64,000 nucleotides of DNA, from the NCBI GenBank assembly GCA_964013425.1, contig CAXGWC010000003.1, positions 50-64,049 of the forward strand. The letters are read 5' to 3'. The notes under the pieces are model-generated. The model searched no databases. It was not told the origin of the DNA and saw only the letters and a program-made list of their open reading frames with translations. The DNA is from an uncultured Candidatus Poseidoniales archaeon (GTDB taxonomy: Archaea; Thermoplasmatota; Poseidoniia; Poseidoniales; Thalassarchaeaceae). The first letter of the stretch is position 1. Each line of letters opens with the position of its first letter. The position numbers and the translations under genes were made by a program. This document shows positions 38,628 to 47,300 of this stretch, piece after piece.

Positions 38628-38759
38628 GCGAGGGAAATGTGTGAGGACGGGATGCACGGAACCACCGCGGGGGGGCCTGATGGCTCCCTCGCACCCAAAT
38701 ATAACGGTCTAAGGGGACTCAGGGACAGGGCCATGAAAGCTCTGGGAAACAGTTTCTAG
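38628..38759 (+). other. GC-rich structured element, or a 40-codon small ORF, between the RHH gene and XPD
   Basis: An 8-bp stem GCGAGGGA (38628-38635) / TCCCTCGC (38685-38692) encloses a G/C-rich 49 nt. Palindrome GAAACAGTTTC lies at 38746-38756. Alternatively, ATG 38637 to TAG 38759 encodes MCEDGMHGTTAGGPDGSLAPKYNGLRGLRDRAMKALGNSF. No tRNA or C/D-box fold was found. Confidence 0.25.
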
Positions 38760-38808
38760 GGATTAATGTCTACCCAATCTTCTTGGCCGTCCTTTTCACG
38801 GTAAAGCT

Positions 38809-40809
38809 ATGAGTGAGGGTGCCGTGGGTAAATCTGGCATATTTTTCGCTCATGAAGTAGCTAGGAAATCCCAGTACGAGATGATTTCAGATGGAATTGA
38901 TACTCTTACTGAGGGAGGATTCCTCCTAGCGGCCGCCCCGACTGGAATTGGAAAAACAGCGGCAGCGCTGGCTTCAGCCCTCCAAGCCTCATTTGATAAT
39001 AATCTGGCGACTGAAAAACCGAAGATAATTTTCATGACTGGGAGGCAGTCTCAACATAGAATCGTAGTCGATACTGTTCGTCAGATTAACTCTAGGATAC
39101 CAGAAGGCATTCCAAAAATAACTTTGATAGATATTATTGGCAGAGAAGGGATGTGCGAATATGTAGATCGTTCTACTGGAAAATGTAGTTGTGAAGGGGA
39201 CGTAGTTGAAGAAACTCGTAAAGCTAGACGCTCAGACCTGAGAAAGAAGTTACTAGAAGAGCCTCGACATGTTGATTGGAGTGTAAAATATGGCAAATCC
39301 AGAAAAGTCTGTTCTTGGGCTACAGCCAGAATGGCGGCAGGGCACGCAGACATTCTTGTATGCGACTACAATCATGTTTTCGTGGAGAGGGTTAGGGAGG
39401 CTTCCCTGCCTGCGATGGGTATTGAGTTGGAAAACTCTATTCTAATTGTAGATGAAGCACACAACCTACCTGACAGGATTAGGAGTGGATTGGAGAGAAG
39501 AGTAACAGATGATGTCTTCAATAGGGCTTTGGATAATATAGCGGAATACAAGGGAAATTTAGAGAAGGCTAATTCAAATCTCGACTTGCCTGAATCCGGA
39601 CAGCTTAGAGATGTAAGGCATCTAGAGATGCAGGTTAAGTCCCTTCAGATCCCTATGATGAATTGGTTGAAAGAAAGGAAGAAGGAGAATGAAATGACGA
39701 AGGGGGATGATATGAGAGTCCCTACTCAAGATTTCCTAGATGTATTTTCCAAAGCTACTGAAGGGGTTCTGGAGGAGGACGAGGGGGACGACATATCCAG
39801 AATTTTGTTGATGATAAGGCGTTTATTCTCTGTGACAATAGACGAGGAAGAAGATTCAGAAGACGAGGAGCAGAATGATTGTACCAGAATAGCTGAAATG
39901 CTAGAAATTTGTATAAGGTTCAGAAACAGTTCCGCTTTGTCCCTGGTATTTGATGAACTTCTTGATAGCCCGCGTATTACTTGCCATCTTCTTGACCCAA
40001 GTGTAGTGGGGAAATCTGTGTTCGAGAGTTGCCGTGGATCGATTCTTATGTCTGGCACTCTCTTCCCTCCTATGATGTATTCAGAGATACTAGGCATACC
40101 GGCCAACAGGACTGTTTGCAAGGTATATTCATCGGACTTCCCAGTTGAGAATAGGCCAGTTCTGATCGCGAGTGATGTAACTAGTAAATTCACAGAGCGT
40201 GAAAGAAGTATCCCCCTTATAGGGCAACATGTCAGAGCAGTTATTGAGAACACAGACGGAAATGTAGCCATCTTCGCGCCCAGCTACACTATGTTGGAAA
40301 GAATACATTCAGATTTCATAAATTTAGGATGGAATGGGGGTAGAGTAATTCTGAAGGAAGAGCAAAGAATGAGTAAGGGAAGAGTTGAATCTATGGTTTC
40401 AAGACTCTATGAACAGAAACAAATGGGAGGAGCCGTAATCTTTGGAGTTCTAAATGGTAAGCTTTCTGAGGGTGTCGACTATTCTGATAATGTCCTTGAT
40501 TCATTAGTTTGCATAGGCCTTCCACTTCCTCCTCCTAGTTCCAAACAGGATTCTTTGATAGATTACTTTACTAAGAAATTTGACAGAAATAGAGCTTGGA
40601 AGTATGCCAGCCTCCAACCTGCCGTCAATAGTGTTCTTCAAGCCCTTGGAAGACCGATAAGGAAGAAGGAAGATAGAGCAATAATTGTATTACTAGAGAG
40701 TCGAATATTGGAACGCAGGGTGAGTGATTGTATGCCTTCAATGATGAAGATCCAAACCTCAAGTCCCTCCAGAACTGCAGAGAGAGTAAAGGCATTCTTC
40801 GAGATCTAG
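38809..40809 (+). CDS. XPD/Rad3-family 5'-3' DNA helicase with FeS domain
   Basis: 666 aa. Walker A AAPTGIGKT and four FeS cysteines (GMCEYV, GKCSCEG, KVCSW). Also VCDYNHVF, DEAHNL (motif II), and C-terminal motifs SGTL, GKLSEGVDY, QALGRPIR. Confidence 0.8.
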   Translation: MSEGAVGKSGIFFAHEVARKSQYEMISDGIDTLTEGGFLLAAAPTGIGKTAAALASALQASFDNNLATEKPKIIFMTGRQSQHRIVVDTVRQINSRIPEGIPKITLIDIIGREGMCEYVDRSTGKCSCEGDVVEETRKARRSDLRKKLLEEPRHVDWSVKYGKSRKVCSWATARMAAGHADILVCDYNHVFVERVREASLPAMGIELENSILIVDEAHNLPDRIRSGLERRVTDDVFNRALDNIAEYKGNLEKANSNLDLPESGQLRDVRHLEMQVKSLQIPMMNWLKERKKENEMTKGDDMRVPTQDFLDVFSKATEGVLEEDEGDDISRILLMIRRLFSVTIDEEEDSEDEEQNDCTRIAEMLEICIRFRNSSALSLVFDELLDSPRITCHLLDPSVVGKSVFESCRGSILMSGTLFPPMMYSEILGIPANRTVCKVYSSDFPVENRPVLIASDVTSKFTERERSIPLIGQHVRAVIENTDGNVAIFAPSYTMLERIHSDFINLGWNGGRVILKEEQRMSKGRVESMVSRLYEQKQMGGAVIFGVLNGKLSEGVDYSDNVLDSLVCIGLPLPPPSSKQDSLIDYFTKKFDRNRAWKYASLQPAVNSVLQALGRPIRKKEDRAIIVLLESRILERRVSDCMPSMMKIQTSSPSRTAERVKAFFEI

Positions 40810-40849
40810 TGAGCAATGGGTTCATGTCAGACCTTCTCTTCCACCCTTC

Positions 40850-41323
40850 ATGGAATGGGTCAGGGTTTCGATAGGGGAAGAGAAAAGTACCGATCCTCCA
40901 ATGCCCGCGCTTACAGGATCACACAATGGCTTGGACTCTGATGCCTCGACATCACACCGAAAATTCTTTTCAGATATTCCTCATATGACAGAAGTGATTG
41001 ATAATCATGAAAGATCCACAAAAAAAGTATTGATTCCAGGAAATGACTCATTGGGCGGCTATGACTCGATCAAATTATTCGAGGAGCGAATAACCGCAAT
41101 TGGTGCTGATTCTCTGGGGGATGGATTAGAGATTCCTCTATCTAAAACTGTCAGAGAAGAGGTGCTTCTTCAAAGGGCGACTACTGAATCAGGGCAGTTA
41201 GTCAGGTTAGTTGCACCAGAAAAATTTGGAGGCAGGATAGAGTCATTCATGCTGCCAAATGGAACTACCTTGAATGAGGCCTACTGGGATGGAGATAGAT
41301 TGAAGATAACCTTCAATTACTAA
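40850..41323 (+). CDS. Hypothetical protein (157 aa)
   Basis: ATG-initiated ORF with ordinary composition and no motif. Its stop overlaps the stop of the convergent giant gene (CTAA). Confidence 0.45.
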   Translation: MEWVRVSIGEEKSTDPPMPALTGSHNGLDSDASTSHRKFFSDIPHMTEVIDNHERSTKKVLIPGNDSLGGYDSIKLFEERITAIGADSLGDGLEIPLSKTVREEVLLQRATTESGQLVRLVAPEKFGGRIESFMLPNGTTLNEAYWDGDRLKITFNY

Positions 41324-44300
41324 TCTTCGATTATTTTTCCTTTGGACCTTGATGGAACGTCCTCTAATTGATCGATTTCTTGTAATACCGAGTTGAGAGC
41401 CATTTGCGCGCTTTCCCTGTGTTGGTTACCCAGAACGTGACTTGAGTACCTCGCTTCTTCGAATATCCTATCCAGAGATAGTAAAGCCTGTTCGCTTATT
41501 GGAAGTGCACTTCTGATTGCCATTTCGAATTCTCTTACGGTTTCGAAATCTCTTCTGAGGAATCCCCTGCTCATTAGTATCTTGCAAAGTCCTTCATAGC
41601 AATTGAATATCGCTTCCCTAACTTCGTCTCCAGCGGCTAGAAGTTCTGCAGTGTAGCTAAAGACACCAGCTAACTCATCAATAGCGGCCTTCTTTCTGTT
41701 TCTTATGGTTACTACCAGAGCTGAAACTCCGATCATAAATGCCACCAGAAGAACTGAAATTATTGCGGGCCTCAATAGAGAGTCGGAAGCTTCTGCCTGA
41801 TAGTTTATGCTGACTTCACTAAACTGAGCAAGTTGAGTGGCGTTGACCGGGTCAATAATATCCGAGTCAGAGCTAAACTCAATTTTCAACTCGCCCCAAA
41901 AATCCCTATCCCAGAATGAGTGGTCATCATGGAATGATTCGAACTGATAGTCAAAAATTCCATTCACATCAGTCATCCCAACGACAGTAAAAAGAGTATC
42001 CGTATCATTGGTTAATCTGGCAGTAATTGAGACTCCTTCGACAGGAGGTGCTCGATTATCATCAGAAGCAGTTACGTTGATTTTTCCAGAAATCTTAGAT
42101 TGTCCTCTCTCGATAAATATTCCATCGGGAATGAATACAAAGTCGACACTAACTAGAATCTGTAAGTCGAATTCAACTGATGCCCCATTAAGGAATCTCT
42201 CGGCATCTGGTTCTACATCTATAGTGAAGATAGAATTACCAGGAGGCATGTATGTCTTTGCATTGGAAGTGATGAGGAACTGTCCTGTGGCTTGGTCCCA
42301 TGAAATAATTGCATTAGGCTCAAGAGAACCCTCCCAAAGGAGCGACATCTCCATCTCTTCCATTGTATTTCCGTCTCCTCCAATTTCTAGTACTCTACCT
42401 CTGACCCTGATTGGCCTAGTTTCGTCACTTCTGACTACCTCATCAGAGATGAGGAGTATTTCCACATTGATATCCGCTCTTGAGAAAACAGTAGTATTTG
42501 TCGAGTCGGATAGATATAGTTCCTCTCCGTAGAAATGGACCGAAACTAGGTGATCTCCGCGAGATATCGAATATCCCAGTTCGTGCGTGAATGAGAAAGT
42601 CCCATCAACCCCAGTAGTCACCACTAGTATCTCAATGCCATCCAAAAGGAATGAGACTTCCCTATTCTCTAATCCCGGGGTACCGGGGGTGTCAGAATCA
42701 TATAGCCTTCCAGAGAAGTTCCACGAACCGCCCCTTGTTGCTACGCTGTTCTCGACATTCAAGGTAATAGTAGTGTGATATGCAATTGTGAGATTTGTTT
42801 CGACTGAGGTCTGCCTGTAGTAGCCTTGGTCGGGAGATATTACAGTTACTGGGTGGACCCCCACATCAAGGAATTCTGAAACAACCCAAGAAAGATGCCA
42901 ACTACCATCTTCTTCGGTCACTGTGGTCCCTATCAATATGCCATCAACAAATATCTGTAGTGAGTGGTTGGAGAGCCAACCATCGGGAAGATTATCCCTC
43001 ACATCACCCCTTAGATTCAGTACATCTCCAACCGCGACTGGGGTTGGATTTTCCACAGTCAGGGTTGTTGGAGAGAACACAGTGAAGATTGTTGTTGAGT
43101 TTGAGCCAAGAATGAATTCCTCACCCTGGAATAATAACATGACCTCCCTTGGTCCCAGAGGCATATCGGAGGGAACGGGGAAAAATAGACTGAATGAGCC
43201 GTTTCCATCTACACTAAGTGATGTCAGCATTTGACCATTCATGTATGCGTCGAGGGTCCTATTTGGAAGAGGCCTTCCGGCTCCATCGGTCAAAATTCCT
43301 TCAATCAGTAACAGTTCATTTCTATCTATTTCTCCCTGAGGAGTAGTTAGGACCACCTGTGAAGTTTGCGTTACATTGAATGGAGAGGTAGTAATTGAAG
43401 ATAGGTAATACTCTGGATTCAGCGAGTCTCCTTGCCCCATCGGATCTACCCATGTAAAACCACCTAGGAACTCAATACTGAATGTATGCTGACCATAGTC
43501 CATGTCAAGTGGAAGATCATATGTGATTTGCCATGCCCCAGATGTAGAGTTTGAAACGTCAATATACTGTGGACCTACATCAATTCCATCGATGTGAAGA
43601 TGGACCACTCCACCCTTCGGAGAGCCGTCCTCTACTAAAGGCAATCCGCGCTCATCTAAGAGTGTGCCACTGAATACCACTCGCTCCCCGGCTACGGCAG
43701 AGCCAGAGATGTTTGACACCTCTATCACAGTTGGAGCTAGAATGATTATCCTAGTCCATGTTTGGTCTCCTGATAAGCCAGTAGTTCCATTGATCCCGTC
43801 AAAAACTGCCGTCACAGTCATCGGCCCTGGATCCCTATTTGGATCGGTTGACAGATTCGTGTTGATCAGACCATTTGAATCTGTAAATCCTGACCAAGTC
43901 TCGAGCCCATCCACTAGGATCTTGACCTCCACATTAGCGACATTCTCTCCAGCATTGTCCATTATAGAAATATTGAGATTTGTGGGGTCGCCTCTGATGG
44001 TTCTTGCATCGGGGTCCAAATCGGTTGGATCAATGATAGAAATCATTGAGAAGCCCCTACTATCGAAGGTTCCATTACTTGAGCTTGAGCTGTAGTAGTT
44101 CACAGTAGGAGTGTAAGTTGCTGAGATATTGTGGGCCCCTCTAGGGAATGTCATGTCCAAGAAAATCCTGGCTGACCAACTACCATCAGGATCCACAGCT
44201 CCCCCAGAAACAGTGAATCCAGTAGAAACATCGTCGATTAAGAAGGTCAGACTTGGTGAGAGTGGATTTCCTGATCTATCAACAATACCGCTTCCGTTAC

Positions 44301-47300
44301 TGGACGTAAGATTTCCAGATACATCCAGGAAATCACCAGCAGTCGGGTTAGCGGTGATGGGATTAAATGATATTGAGGTCGGAGATCTGACGATAATCGT
44401 GTTGATGTAGGTGAACGAATTATGCAGAGTCTCAGTTCCATTCGATCCATTGAACACGAGCATGACTGAGATCGCCCCCAGAGGATGAGAGTGCGGGACA
44501 TCGAATGAAAAATTTACGTAACCACCAGAATTGGAAGAAATCTCAGATGTCAGCCAGGTATCATGGAATTTGGCGGATACGTTCATCCCGACGATTTCTC
44601 TGTCATTGTTGGATGACTCTGCGAGCTTAGCCCCAAAGGAAACTGAGGACCCTCGGTCCACTATTGTGTTTATCAGTGGAATCCGATCAATGAATTGAAC
44701 AACCCCTCTTACCAGAATCGAATCAGAACCTGTTCCTGTTAAGTAAAACGGACTACTCCCATTTTCAACACTAACTACGACTGTCTTGAGTCCGTTTGAA
44801 ACCCCGTCTCCCAATGGATCGGTCGGTACAGAAACTGAAAATGTCCCATTGGGGGAAGTCGCAAAACCGGTTACTAGCTTCTCATTAGGATCATCTAGGA
44901 AGAAAATCTCTATTGAGACTGGTCCACTAACTGTCCTATTGATGTCGAAGGAATCCATAACTTTACCTGTAACTAAGAATGACTGACCTGCAGTTACTTC
45001 GGGGAGAGGGGAGTTATCAATCCGGACGTTGCTTAAGACCTGAACTGTCAGGTTCATGTAGCTCTCGTTGGCAAGCCATCTGCCTGCATCTTGAGTTTCA
45101 AGTGAGTCGGTTAAGTCATCTGGAGCTAATATGAGTACGTCATAATAGCCAGGAGGAGCATCGCTTGGGATCGTTGACTGGAATTCAACAACACCATCAT
45201 TTCCAGTGACAGAGGTATTCATTAGTTGCTGAAGAGAACCTCCCCAATCGAAGTATATTTCCACAGTGGCGTTGGACAGCCTCTCGTTACTCTCGAGATC
45301 CCTAACTGTCGCTGAAGCGGACAAATTTTCTCCTGCGACCACTATTGCACTAGTATTCGCAGATTGGACATCGAACATTGTCTGTATCCCTATATCGAGG
45401 GAGTTTTCCGTAGCAGGATCGAAGAAGTAGGGTATTCCGCCAGGTGAGTTCTTTTCGAAGTCTAAGACCAGAATCGCCTGATAAACTCCAGAGCCAATCC
45501 CGCTAGGCATTGAGAATGATATGTTGTACTCTCCAGTGGTAGTATCTAACCACTCAGATCCCAATGTGTACCTATCTGGGGGAAGGGGGTTGCCATCTGG
45601 TCCAGCAGGTAGGCTTGATGGGACATCCAAGAAGAGGGAGACTGAGGTGTTGTTACCTAACACTGAGGAATTTAGATCGGAATCGATTACTGATCCTGAG
45701 ATCCATGTAGTGTTGCCCATTGGTACCCATTCGGTACCAAGATTGAAAATCGGTGAAGCCCTACCTTGTATCCTGACATCGTCAGTTGTTTGGTTAGGAC
45801 CAACCCAAGTGGAACCGTTGTAGCTCAGTACCCACGGATAGTCACCTGCAGGAGTTGAGAGCGATGGAGACCAAGAGGGTACTATTTTGGGAACATCTGG
45901 GTCGGAGATATTCCAAACTTCGGTGTCATTGACCGAAAGGGAGAAGAGGCCTGGGAAGGTAGTGATTTCTGCTCCAGTGTGATCGGACAGAGAGACTAAA
46001 ATGTCTGATGTGGTTCCTTTTGCGGCTGGAATCATTGTGTAATTGAATACGATGTAGCTCTTTATGCCATGTTGGTCAACTACCGTGGTTTCATCCTTTG
46101 CGAAAAGCTGATCGGCCAGATATTGATACCTAATTTCAACAAGTCCTGCGGGAATAGGGACATCAGAATCTAGGAAAGTCCAATTTACGGCGAATTGTCC
46201 AGGATTAGAGAGCCAGTCACTATCGTTCAGATACCAGGAATTGAGGGTTTGGAAAGGAGCATTAGTCCCAGATCTCCTCATTTGTAATGTCAGGGTCCCA
46301 TTCAGAGACTCTGGTATCTCAGATTTGCTGAGAGCGGTGCCATTGAGATAAATTCTATTATTAATCTCTAGTATTGTATTGTTCAATCCCTGACCTTCCA
46401 GTGAAATGGTTAGGTTTGGAGCCTGAGTGAGATTCAGATTGATTGTTTCTGAGTACGGCCTGATGTGGAAAACAGGACCTGATGCATTGTTCAGATCGAA
46501 CTGATGCCAACCTGTGTAATCAAGTGTGGCCGGAATAAGCCCTTCTTGCTCGCTTTCATTGATAGACACTGAGAACTCGAAATATCCCCCCGGTCCGATA
46601 CTGGATATCAGACTAACTGGGCCATCTTGTGAGGTAGTATAGTTCATCAGTATCTGCATACTATCAATTGATGAAATATCGTTGTAAGGGACATTCTCAA
46701 GAGAAACTGATCCAGTAATGGTGGTATTGACACCTATTCCTATTTTTGGCTCTGTGAGTGGTTGAGGCTCACTTAAGGATAGTGTAATATCATCGGTAAC
46801 GTTTACGTTCCATCCCGAGAAAATACCTTGGGTGCCCACATAATCAAGTGTCTTAGTCATTATGACCAATGAGGAATTGCCTGGATTAACTGCTTCATTG
46901 GGCATTCCCGTGATGTTGAATGAGCCATTGGAGTCAGTTACAGCCGTGCCTACCAGATGCTGGGAAACTGCCGCCAAGCCTGGAATTTGATTGGTCATAT
47001 TTGATTCGACGAGATACATATCAACTCCTACTCCTGCGACGGACGTCTGATTATCTGTGAACCTTAGAGTGCCGTTCATCCATATCGACTGGCCAGATAG
47101 GTCTCTGTCCAACCACAGTGGGCCCCAAGACTCGTCGGTTACCTCAACTAGTGACATTGCCGGACAAGCCTCGAATGGAATCCATCCCAAATCTGCATTT
47201 CCAAGATTTTGATTGGTTTGTAAGTGAACCTCTACCCACGAAGTAAAGTCTTTTCCATAAACCTCGAAAGCTTCACCGTTCCAATAACCTCCGGAGAATC

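Noticed and set aside
38628-38759. tRNA, C/D-box sRNA or SRP/RNase P fragment in the GC-rich spacer
   Set aside because: I could not fold a cloverleaf. There are no properly spaced RUGAUGA/CUGA box pairs (only a lone CUGAUGG). It is too short and lacks conserved motifs for SRP or RNase P RNA. It is kept only as an unclassified candidate.
39726-40271. 181-aa minus-strand ORF inside XPD
   Set aside because: It is antisense to a helicase with clear motifs, and its composition is Ser-rich. The same reasoning applies to 20051-20650, 42008-42532, 49439-49825, 52397-52795 and the other short track ORFs nested in the long genes.
36799-40809. HD phosphohydrolase + RHH + XPD-like helicase as an anti-virus defence island (dNTP-depleting dGTPase-type system)
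   Set aside because: The HD protein matches the widely conserved archaeal housekeeping COG1078 pattern. XPD has the standard FeS repair-helicase layout. The genes are on different strands and separated by promoters, and no nuclease or toxin partner is present. There is no evidence for a system beyond adjacency.
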